Made by a program: the position numbers and the translations under genes. A stretch of DNA of 64,000 nt from IMG/VR virus record IMGVR_UViG_3300026209_000002, positions 3,708 to 67,707 of that record. One strand, given 5' to 3'. This document shows, piece after piece, positions 56,141-64,000 of this stretch. Origin of the DNA: a virus. The notes below the pieces were generated by a model, which worked only from the letters and a program-made list of their open reading frames with translations, was not told the origin of the DNA and did no database searches. Positions within the stretch are counted from its first letter, which is position 1; every line of letters begins with the position of its first letter.

Positions 56141-57969
56141 TGATTACAGATATAGATAAAATTGTAAAAGAGTGGTCTTATCGAATAGATAATGGTGCAC
56201 CAAATCCTAAAAATTCGGTACATTTATATCATCTATCTGATATATTGATAGAATATAGATGGCCTTCGAATGCAATAGATGAATTGTTAAATAACATTAA
56301 GAATGGTGTAGTTACTTTACCTAATGTTGTATTAAATGAGGGGACTCGACAAGAGGCATCATTAAACACGGCGATGATGGAGACTGCAGCGTTAATAGGA
56401 ACAACTGGTGTGTCACGACAACCATTTATTGATTTGTTATCAGTACCTAAGATATTTAAAGTAATAAAAATTAAAAGTAAAGATGATGTTAATGATTTTA
56501 AAAAACAATGTAATGATATAATAAAATTATCTAAGAAAGCTAAAAAAGAGTTATCGAAGGGTGTAGGTAAATCTGGTGATTGGAATTCTACAGGAGTATC
56601 TATGATAAAGGACTTTGTATTACCTGAATTAAAAATGGAAGATGGTGTTCCTGTATTTCATGAAAATAGTTTACAAGATATTGCTTTAGCAGGTGGTTTA
56701 GCGTGGGGGATGTCAGATTTTGTAGCAGAGAAAGTTAGTTTTAAACCAAAGTTTATTCACGATAAGATTATGGATTTTTATAAAGCTGAAATAAATAGAG
56801 GTATTACAAGAAAAGGTTCTAAAGCGGCTACTCCAGATGCTATCATATCAAACGTATCAGCTGACAAATTACTAACAGCATTGAAAGATGATAAGAATGA
56901 AGTTGTAGGAAATGAATCAGATGGAACTGTAAAATTAGGAAAAGATATAATTTACATACAAACATCTCTTAAAAAAGGTGTAGGTAGTTCTCAAATTGGT
57001 AAATTTTCTAAATTGTTAAGAGGTACTTATAATCTTGGAGTGAGTACCAAAGAAGCTGCAACTTTTTTACAAGAAGAACGTAATGAGATTGAAAAAATGA
57101 TTTATGAGGGATTGTGGGATAAGGTAAAAAGTTTCACTTCTTCTATTTTTAGTAAAGCGAAGAATTTGGTGAATAATGGGTTATCAAGACTGAAGGGTTT
57201 CTTTTCTAAATCATTTAAAGATGGTGCAAAAATAAAACCAAAAACTATTAATAAATTAACAAAAGGTTACACAATCAAAGAGTGGACACAAGAAGATGTT
57301 GATTTATTAACGGAAGGTACTATGAGTGGTCCTACCAGAGCGACTATAAAAGCGATATATAATAATCCAACTAACGCATATAAAAATTTAAATAAAGAAG
57401 TTACCGCATTAGAAAAGAAAATGAATGCTCTTGGTGAGTTGGGTTATGGTAAAATAAATAAAATTACCTCAGCACCAAAGAAGATACCTGTTACAAGAAA
57501 TGATAAAGAACCAGGGTCTAAGGTTGTTTTAACTTTAATAGGGAATATAGCCGCATTAGAAATGGTTCAAGGTTTAGCAGGTAAAAGTTCTAAATTAAAA
57601 AAGATAATATCAAATTTAGTTACAGAGATGTTGTTTGGTGCTACAAATCAACCACTTTGGAAAGTATATGGTAAGATGTCAAATAAGGACAAAGCTTTTT
57701 CTTATTTAGGAACAGCGAAAACAGTAGAGAAAAGATTTGAAGGAGATGATATTAATATTGAGTTATTAGGAGTTGATGTACATCCACATACAAATAATGC
57801 ATATTATGTAATTACTTGTTATTTATTACAAGAGATAGCTGACGCTGGTAAATTTTATGTTAAGGTACGAACAGGTACTAATTCATCTAGTAATATAACT
57901 CAAAATTACGAAGGTCAGGCGATTATAGGGGCATTTGACATAGATAAAAAATTAAAAGAGATTATTTAA
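56140..57969 (+). CDS. Hypothetical protein with an EWSYR N-terminal module and possible PD-(D/E)xK-type nuclease core
   Basis: LNE junction, then E...TPD...QTSLKK. Confidence 0.5.
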   Translation: MITDIDKIVKEWSYRIDNGAPNPKNSVHLYHLSDILIEYRWPSNAIDELLNNIKNGVVTLPNVVLNEGTRQEASLNTAMMETAALIGTTGVSRQPFIDLLSVPKIFKVIKIKSKDDVNDFKKQCNDIIKLSKKAKKELSKGVGKSGDWNSTGVSMIKDFVLPELKMEDGVPVFHENSLQDIALAGGLAWGMSDFVAEKVSFKPKFIHDKIMDFYKAEINRGITRKGSKAATPDAIISNVSADKLLTALKDDKNEVVGNESDGTVKLGKDIIYIQTSLKKGVGSSQIGKFSKLLRGTYNLGVSTKEAATFLQEERNEIEKMIYEGLWDKVKSFTSSIFSKAKNLVNNGLSRLKGFFSKSFKDGAKIKPKTINKLTKGYTIKEWTQEDVDLLTEGTMSGPTRATIKAIYNNPTNAYKNLNKEVTALEKKMNALGELGYGKINKITSAPKKIPVTRNDKEPGSKVVLTLIGNIAALEMVQGLAGKSSKLKKIISNLVTEMLFGATNQPLWKVYGKMSNKDKAFSYLGTAKTVEKRFEGDDINIELLGVDVHPHTNNAYYVITCYLLQEIADAGKFYVKVRTGTNSSSNITQNYEGQAIIGAFDIDKKLKEII

Positions 57970-58382
57970 TGAAAACACAATTATTATGTACATTCACTAA
58001 AAAGACGGAGTTAAATGAAACAGTTGATGTTATAATTTCCTGTAATGAAATAATGTTTGAAAAAATTTATGTATTTGAAGATTCAGATAACACTGCTAAT
58101 TTAATGTGTACTTATAATGTAGAGTATGATGAGGATTTTACAGAGGGAGTTCCTAATACTATTTCTCTACATAGAAAGAAACAAACTAACACGTTATACA
58201 CTATAAACGCGCTAAATGATGTCATAAGGGAACTTAATAACGGAGTGTTAGATAAGACCTATATTATACCTTGGGAGAATTATCAAAATTCTATTTTACT
58301 AAATAATGAAAGTGGATTAGTTAAGATAAATACGAAGTTATATAAAATAGTTAATGTAAAAACTTGGAGTGTTACAGATTAA
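57969..58382 (+). CDS. Phage hypothetical protein
   Basis: LLCTF...HRKKQTNTLYTINALN; coupled start. Confidence 0.65.
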   Translation: MKTQLLCTFTKKTELNETVDVIISCNEIMFEKIYVFEDSDNTANLMCTYNVEYDEDFTEGVPNTISLHRKKQTNTLYTINALNDVIRELNNGVLDKTYIIPWENYQNSILLNNESGLVKINTKLYKIVNVKTWSVTD

Positions 58383-58385
58383 AAA

Positions 58386-59240
58386 TTGAAGTTATATTAT
58401 CCTGATTTTGATAAACATAAAAATTTATCAGATTCCTATGATGACCTAAAAAGGCTATATAGACAACCAATGGCCATTTGGTTTGGTAGAAGTCCTTACA
58501 AAAAAACTAAAAATATCCCAAATAGGATTCATAGATTACTTAAACGAGCTGAAGATAAAATAGTAACTCTTGTGTTATATTCAATACCTAATAGAGATTT
58601 AGGTAAATATAGTAAAGGTGGAGAGACAGATTCTAAATCTTATTTAGAATTTATTAAAGAAGTTGTAGTTGGAATAGGTACTCATAAGAATTGTTTAATT
58701 GTTTTAGAACCAGATGCTTTAGCTCATTCTTTAAAGATGGAAAGAAAAGAGAAGAAAGAAAGAATAAAGTTATTAAAACAATCTTTAAAGTTACTGAGAA
58801 AGACTAATTCAAAAATTTATATAGATATTGGACATCCAGAATGGTTGAAAGTATCAGAAGCAATAACATTGTTAAGACAGTTTGATAAAAAGTTATATGA
58901 TGGTTTTACTTTAAATGTATCTAATTTCATTGATACCCAAGTATGTGTTGATTATGGTGATGATATTACTAAAAAAATTGGAAAAAATTACATAATAGAT
59001 ACAAGTAGGAATGGTTTAGGTTATTCCACTTCTTTATTTAATCCTACAAATATCGCGATAGGAGAATTACCTACATTTAAAAGTGTTTTTGAAAATTGTG
59101 ATGGATATTTATGGGTAAAACCACTTGGAGAATCAGATGGTAAAGAGAATGGTTCACCAAAAGCTGGTAGGTTTTATTTGGAATACGCATTAAAAGTTAT
59201 AGAAAATTCAAAAAAGATAGGCACATTTAACTTCCAATAA
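58386..59240 (+). CDS. Glycoside hydrolase family 6 (cellulase-like)
   Basis: YSIPNRD..S.GG, LEPDAL, YIDIGH..WL, GF.LNVSNF, IDTSRNG, D.YLWVKP.GESDG, P.AG.F. Confidence 0.88.
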   Translation: MKLYYPDFDKHKNLSDSYDDLKRLYRQPMAIWFGRSPYKKTKNIPNRIHRLLKRAEDKIVTLVLYSIPNRDLGKYSKGGETDSKSYLEFIKEVVVGIGTHKNCLIVLEPDALAHSLKMERKEKKERIKLLKQSLKLLRKTNSKIYIDIGHPEWLKVSEAITLLRQFDKKLYDGFTLNVSNFIDTQVCVDYGDDITKKIGKNYIIDTSRNGLGYSTSLFNPTNIAIGELPTFKSVFENCDGYLWVKPLGESDGKENGSPKAGRFYLEYALKVIENSKKIGTFNFQ

Positions 59241-59278
59241 AAAATTGAAAAAAAAAATGTTTTTTCAAAAACAAAGAG

Positions 59279-59355
59279 ATATTTATTCGTGAAGTAAAAA
59301 TTAATTACTTCCGAATGATAAATAAACAATACAATAAGTAAATAACAAATAGGAG
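59279..59355 (+). promoter_or_regulatory. ATATTTAT element plus hairpin and unstructured A-rich leader of the SSB gene
   Basis: Motif at 59279-59286; GAAGTAA/TTACTTC stem at 59291-59311; A-rich tract; AGGAG at 59351. Confidence 0.55.
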
Positions 59356-59362
59356 ATACCTA

Positions 59363-60127
59363 ATGGATTTAGAACTCGTAAAACGAAGACTCAATCAGTT
59401 ACAAACAACAACCCAAAGAACTTCAAATCTTTGGAAACCAACCCCAGGAAAACAACTAATTCGAATTGTACCTTATAAATTTAATAAGGATAATCCGTTC
59501 ATTGAGTTGTTTTTTCACTATGACATAGGTGGAAAGTCACATCTTTCACCAATTTCTTTTGGTCGTCCAGACCCAATTGAAGAATTTGCTCAAAAGTTAA
59601 AAACATCTGGTAATCGTGATGATTATCGTTTGGGTAAAAAACTTGAAGCGAAGATGAGAACATACGCACCAGTTATTGTTCGTGGTGAAGAAAAACAAGG
59701 TGTAAAATTTTGGGGTTTCGGTAAACTTGTATATCAAGAATTACTTTCAGTTATAGCAGATCCAGATTACGGTGATATTACAGACCCATTAAATGGTCGT
59801 GATGTTGCTGTAGAGTTCAAAACAGCTGAAGAAACTGGAGCAAGTTTCCCATCAACCTCGATCCGAGTAAAACCAGTACAATCACCAATTTCTGAAGATA
59901 CGAATATTTTAGAAATGATTGATGATACTCAAAAGGATATTACTGAGATATATCAGGAAAAAACGTATGATGAACTTACGGAAATTCTGAATACTTGGTT
60001 AGAAGGTGGTGATAAAGAAACCAATGATGAGGAAACCACAACTTCAAAAACAGCTGACGCAGTTAAGGAAACCACTAAGAATGTAAGTGAAGTTTCTGAT
60101 GCGTTTGATGACCTCTTTAACAAGTAA
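59363..60127 (+). CDS. Single-stranded DNA-binding protein (T4 gp32-like)
   Basis: WKP..G...IRIVP, PF.E..FHY, DYGDITDP..GRD, acidic tail AFDDLF. Confidence 0.85.
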   Translation: MDLELVKRRLNQLQTTTQRTSNLWKPTPGKQLIRIVPYKFNKDNPFIELFFHYDIGGKSHLSPISFGRPDPIEEFAQKLKTSGNRDDYRLGKKLEAKMRTYAPVIVRGEEKQGVKFWGFGKLVYQELLSVIADPDYGDITDPLNGRDVAVEFKTAEETGASFPSTSIRVKPVQSPISEDTNILEMIDDTQKDITEIYQEKTYDELTEILNTWLEGGDKETNDEETTTSKTADAVKETTKNVSEVSDAFDDLFNK

Positions 60128-60140
60128 TTAAGGATATACA

Positions 60141-61256
60141 ATGAGCGTAAGAGATGAACTTGCTGAAGCATTAGCAGGTTCTTTGAACAAAAAGTTCAAA
60201 GACCATAAAGTAGCATATTTCTTAGATGGTGTAGATAATACACCTACCGATATCACGGATTTTATATCAACTGGTTCGACAATGTTGGATTTAGCTATTT
60301 CAAATAAACCTAATGGTGGTATAGCCGTAGGTAGAATTACTGAAATCAACGGATTAGAATCAAGTGGTAAATCTTTGGTTGGAGCTCATATTCTTGCGGA
60401 AACCCAGAAAAAAGGTGGTGTAGCAGTTTACATTGATACTGAAACTGCTGTATCACAAGATTTCTTACAAGTAATTGGCATTGACATAAAAGAAATGCTA
60501 TATCTCCATCTCGAAACAGTAGAGGACATTTTCGAAGCCATTGAAGAAATTGTCACTAAGGTTAGAGAATCTGATAAAAACAGATTGGTTACAATATTAG
60601 TTGATTCGCTAGCTGCATCTACTACGAAAGTAGAATTAGATGCTGATTTTGACAAAGATGGTTGGGCGACAGCTAAAGCTATTATAATATCCAAAGCTAT
60701 GAGAAAAATTACTCAAATGATTGGACGACAACGGATAGCGTTAGTGTTTACCAACCAACTTCGTCAGAAGTTAGGAGTTATGTTTGGAGATCCTTGGACA
60801 ACAAGTGGTGGTAAAGCACTACCATTTCATGCATCAACGAGAATTAGACTTAAAAACAAAGGTCAAATTAAAGATAACAAGAAAAACACGATTGGTATGA
60901 CCATTCTTGCTAAAGTAGTTAAGAATAGGTTAGGACCTCCACTACGAACATCAGAGTTCCCTCTATATTTTGAGAGTGGAATTGATGATGTTGGTAGTTG
61001 GTTGACTGTTATGAAAGAGTATGATGTAGTTAAAATTGCTGGTTCTTGGTACACACTACCAATAATAGATTTTGAAACAGGTGAAAAGACTGATGAGAAA
61101 AAGTTTCAATCTAAAGATTGGGAGAAAGTATTAGAAGAACCTGGGTTAAAAGAATATGTTTACAACCTCATTTGTGAGAAGGTCATATTGAAGTATGACA
61201 AATCTGCACTCGGTATAGATGATGTAGAGGTCACGGATGAGGTTCTCGATGAATAA
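60141..61256 (+). CDS. recA: RecA/UvsX-like recombinase
   Basis: ISTGS..LD.A, GRITEINGLESSGKS, YIDTE, VDSLAA, FTNQLR, TSGGKAL.F.AS.RI.L, KNR.GPP. Confidence 0.93.
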   Translation: MSVRDELAEALAGSLNKKFKDHKVAYFLDGVDNTPTDITDFISTGSTMLDLAISNKPNGGIAVGRITEINGLESSGKSLVGAHILAETQKKGGVAVYIDTETAVSQDFLQVIGIDIKEMLYLHLETVEDIFEAIEEIVTKVRESDKNRLVTILVDSLAASTTKVELDADFDKDGWATAKAIIISKAMRKITQMIGRQRIALVFTNQLRQKLGVMFGDPWTTSGGKALPFHASTRIRLKNKGQIKDNKKNTIGMTILAKVVKNRLGPPLRTSEFPLYFESGIDDVGSWLTVMKEYDVVKIAGSWYTLPIIDFETGEKTDEKKFQSKDWEKVLEEPGLKEYVYNLICEKVILKYDKSALGIDDVEVTDEVLDE

Positions 61257-62295
61257 GAGATACATAAGTCTACTAGATGAAATTAAAAAGAATGGCGGGA
61301 AAATAGATGATGGTCACTTCAATGATAAAGTACTAATCATAGATGGCCTAAATACTTTTATACGAGTATTTAGTGTTATGCCAACTCTCAATGATGACGG
61401 TGTTCACATTGGGGGAATAGTTGGTTTTCTGAAAAGTATCGGTTATGTCATTCGTCTTTTTAGCCCCACCCGAACTATCATAGTATTTGATGGTAAGGGT
61501 GGGAGCACCCGTCGCCGTAAATTACATCCAGAATATAAAGCTGGTCGTAAGACAGATAAAAGACTTGTAAGAGCGTATGATTTCGCAGATAAAGAAGAAG
61601 AGCGAAAGAATATGCTTAGACAATTACAACGAGTAGTTCAATACTTAGAAGCATTACCTCTTAATATTTTATCTATTGATAATATAGAAGCAGATGATAC
61701 AATTGCTTATTTGTCTAAACAAGTTTTAAAAGAAAAAGTAGTAATTAGTTCTACAGATAAAGATTTTATACAATTGGTAGATGATAGAATTAAAGTCTAC
61801 TCGCCTACTAAAAAAATTATATATGATAAAGAACAAGTGTTTAAGGAATATGGTGTTCCTTCACGAAATTTTTTAACTTATAGAGTTTTAGAAGGTGATA
61901 AGTCTGATAATATACCTGGAATCAAGGGTGCTGGTTTGAAGACTATAATAAAAAGATTTCCACAAATTCAAGACCATGACAATGACATTACAATAGAAGA
62001 TATTGTAGGATTATGTCGTGGAAAAGAAGATGAGATGAAGATATTTGAAAATGTATCAATGTGTGAACCTCAACTTGAATTAAATAGAAAACTGATGCAA
62101 TTACAAGAAGTTGATATACCATCAAACGCTAAACGTAAGATTTTAGGAGCAATAGATAATCCTATTCAAAGATTAAATAAATTAGAATTTGAAAAGATGT
62201 TTTTACAAGATAAATTATTTAGTTCATTACCTAACTTACAGGGGTGGTTATTACAGACTTTTAATCAGTTGAATAGGTATGCTGAAATGAGTTAG
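61249..62295 (+). CDS. 5'-3' exonuclease / T4 RNase H-like flap nuclease
   Basis: IIDGLN, VFDG, YKAGR, EADD, STDKDFIQL, GDKSDNIPGIKG.G.KT. Start likely ATG 61249. Confidence 0.92.
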   Translation: MNKRYISLLDEIKKNGGKIDDGHFNDKVLIIDGLNTFIRVFSVMPTLNDDGVHIGGIVGFLKSIGYVIRLFSPTRTIIVFDGKGGSTRRRKLHPEYKAGRKTDKRLVRAYDFADKEEERKNMLRQLQRVVQYLEALPLNILSIDNIEADDTIAYLSKQVLKEKVVISSTDKDFIQLVDDRIKVYSPTKKIIYDKEQVFKEYGVPSRNFLTYRVLEGDKSDNIPGIKGAGLKTIIKRFPQIQDHDNDITIEDIVGLCRGKEDEMKIFENVSMCEPQLELNRKLMQLQEVDIPSNAKRKILGAIDNPIQRLNKLEFEKMFLQDKLFSSLPNLQGWLLQTFNQLNRYAEMS

Positions 62296-62297
62296 TT

Positions 62298-62480
62298 GTG
62301 GGTAGAAAACTTAAATATAAAACAGAAGATGAAAAACAAGATGCACAACGTAGATGGCAGATGGAACATTACTACCGTAATAAGGAAAAACTACGTAAGG
62401 TAGCTCGAGAAAGGTATAGGAAGAAACGACATTTAGAAATAGAAGAAAAGCGTAGAAAAGAATTATACGGTGAAGAATAA
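62298..62480 (+). CDS. Small basic putative DNA-binding protein
   Basis: GRKLKYKT.EE..AQRR..YYRNKEK, a charged helix. Confidence 0.55.
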   Translation: MGRKLKYKTEDEKQDAQRRWQMEHYYRNKEKLRKVARERYRKKRHLEIEEKRRKELYGEE

Positions 62481-63321
62481 ATTATATTCTATTGAAGATG
62501 TTAAAAATTCTGAACTTGTTGAAATAGATAAGGTGAATGCTTTAGACATAGTATTTAACAATCATTATTCAAAGGTAATGCCGAGATTGACTAAACATTT
62601 TCTTGGAAGTTTTATTGATAAGAAATTAGTTGCGGTATTAACACTTGGGTGGGGAGTTCAACCACTCAATACTATTAAAATTTTATTTCCATCATTAATT
62701 ACAAAAGATTATTTAGAAATAGGTAAAATGTGTATGTTGGAAGAATTACCTAAAAATTCAGAATCAATGATTTTATCTAAAATGTTTAAGTGGGTAAAGG
62801 AGAATAGACCTGATGTAAAATTGATTTACACTTGGGCCGATGGAATATTGGGTAAACCAGGATATGTTTATCAAGCTGCTAACTTTTTATATGGTGGATT
62901 TATAACTACAGATTTATATCTATCAGATACAGGAGAAAGAGTTCATCCAAGAACAGCACAATCGTATTTGAAAGACAAGAAAGATGTCAGTATAGGTAGG
63001 AGACCAAATAAAGAATTTTTAATTGAAAATAATTGGAGTCATTATAGAGGTAGACAATTTAGATATGTTTATTTTTTATGTGATAAGAGAGAAAAGAAAA
63101 GATTATTAAAAGAAACTGATATTAAATGGAATAGAGAATATCCTAAAGATGGTGCGATAGTTTGGAAGAAAAAAGATTTTACAGATGGTTCTTGGAATAA
63201 TGTAGGTGAAATAGAGTGGAAAAGTGATTCTCCACTTAAATATAATAAATCAGCTATAAAAAATAGTAAAGTGGTAGCTGGTTATAATAAAGCTAAGGAG
63301 TTTTTTGATTTTGAAGGATAG
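62470..63321 (+). CDS. Mom-like (GNAT-fold) DNA modification protein
   Basis: HYSK..P, LEIGKMC....PKNSES, TWAD..G..GYVYQAANF.YGG. Confidence 0.7.
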   Translation: MKNKLYSIEDVKNSELVEIDKVNALDIVFNNHYSKVMPRLTKHFLGSFIDKKLVAVLTLGWGVQPLNTIKILFPSLITKDYLEIGKMCMLEELPKNSESMILSKMFKWVKENRPDVKLIYTWADGILGKPGYVYQAANFLYGGFITTDLYLSDTGERVHPRTAQSYLKDKKDVSIGRRPNKEFLIENNWSHYRGRQFRYVYFLCDKREKKRLLKETDIKWNREYPKDGAIVWKKKDFTDGSWNNVGEIEWKSDSPLKYNKSAIKNSKVVAGYNKAKEFFDFEG

Positions 63322-64000
63322 TAAATTAATAAATGGTGATTGTTTAGAAGAATTAAAAAAATTAGATGATGATTCAGTAGATTTACTCTGTACGGATCCA
63401 CCATACGGATATGGTTTCATGGGTAAACATTGGGATAAGTTTGAAGAAAAACAATCTACCAAATCTCAAACAGTAGGTTGGATGAGTCCTGGTATGAAAA
63501 AAACCACTTATGGTATGAGAGAGTTTTTTATTCCTATATGGAAAGAAGCTTTACGAGTATTAAAACCAGGAGCATTCTCATTCGTAATGAGTGCACCAAG
63601 AAGTGATGTTCAAATGCTTATGGTTCAGACATTACAAGAAGCAGGATTTGATATAAGTTTTTCACCAATCTATTGGACATACGCAACAGGTTTCCCAAAG
63701 GCTATGAATGTTGGTAAGAAAACCGAGAAAGAAAATCTTGAAGGAAGTTACGCAGGATATCAACCAAAACCAGCAGTAGAAGTGGTGATAGTTTGTATGA
63801 AACCATTAGATAAGAAAGGTTATATGGAACAAGCAAAGGATAATCAAAAGGGTGTAACGTGGTTGGATGATTGTAGAATACCATTTGCAGGTATGAGTGA
63901 TACAGAACAATATGATAAAGATAATGTAGGTAGTCAGAAAAACTTTGATACTGAGGCAGAGGGATTGTCCAGAGGAAATCAACCAGCACGAAAATCTAAA
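63311..64000 (+). CDS. DNA N6-adenine/N4-cytosine methyltransferase (beta class), truncated by window end
   Basis: Manual translation MKDSKLINGDCLEELKKLDDDSVDLLCTDPPYG...RVLKPG...W.Y.TGFPK...KPAVE; frame open to the end. Confidence 0.9.
   Translation, partial: MKDSKLINGDCLEELKKLDDDSVDLLCTDPPYGYGFMGKHWDKFEEKQSTKSQTVGWMSPGMKKTTYGMREFFIPIWKEALRVLKPGAFSFVMSAPRSDVQMLMVQTLQEAGFDISFSPIYWTYATGFPKAMNVGKKTEKENLEGSYAGYQPKPAVEVVIVCMKPLDKKGYMEQAKDNQKGVTWLDDCRIPFAGMSDTEQYDKDNVGSQKNFDTEAEGLSRGNQPARKSK

Noticed and set aside
8676-59286. ATATTTAT read as a minus-strand T4 late promoter (TATAAATA)
   Set aside because: It consistently lies upstream of + strand starts, with no minus-strand genes to drive.
765-61248. 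Longer upstream starts in the ORF track (765, 4082, 17096, 24830, 27770, 61237)
   Set aside because: They overlap upstream genes or regulatory motifs. Downstream ATGs (852, 4109, 17156, 24854, 27785, 61249) fit SD sites, coupling or motif spacing better.
52252-62295. thyX/nagB/recA region as bacterial host DNA flanking a prophage
   Set aside because: Same strand, composition and promoter motif as the structural region. It has a gp32-like SSB and phage-type divergent enzymes, and no integrase or att site was seen.
1497-63989. All other minus-strand ORFs in the track
   Set aside because: Each overlaps a well-supported + strand gene, lacks recognisable motifs, and the window is uniformly + strand.
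1-64000. Stop-codon reassignment, tRNA or rRNA genes
   Set aside because: Core genes are full length under code 11 with TAA, TAG and TGA all used as stops. Intergenic gaps are short and no cloverleaf or rRNA signature was recognised.

Overview
This 64-kb window is AT-rich and coded entirely on the + strand. It is a segment of a large T4-like (myovirus-type) phage genome, not a cellular chromosome. In order it holds: the end of a carbamoyltransferase; a GH108 endolysin; a block of basic, probably head-packaged proteins; the head module (terminase, portal, prohead protease, ribosomal protein bS21, scaffold, major capsid); two stand-alone Hint-domain genes; the neck, fibre, sheath, tube, tape-measure and baseplate genes; then thyX, nagB, a PIG-L deacetylase, a minimal PolA-like gene, a GH6 glycosidase, SSB, RecA, a 5'-3' exonuclease, a Mom-like gene and a DNA methyltransferase. 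The main unexplained signals are: (1) polyproteins built from unrelated modules joined by a DNA-conserved 15-bp linker (GAATCCGTAAATGAA = ESVNE) that looks like a prohead-protease site, together with MIKLKxLxxE-type leaders, suggesting a cassette system for capsid-delivered effectors; (2) a [ST][GA]S motif concentrated in the predicted outer parts of virion proteins, possibly a modification sequon; (3) two tandem Hint domains that lack the splicing residues; (4) a probable +1/-2 programmed frameshift before the tape measure; (5) a recurrent intergenic ATATTTAT motif, probably a promoter. All family calls are from motif recognition by eye; no database searches were run.
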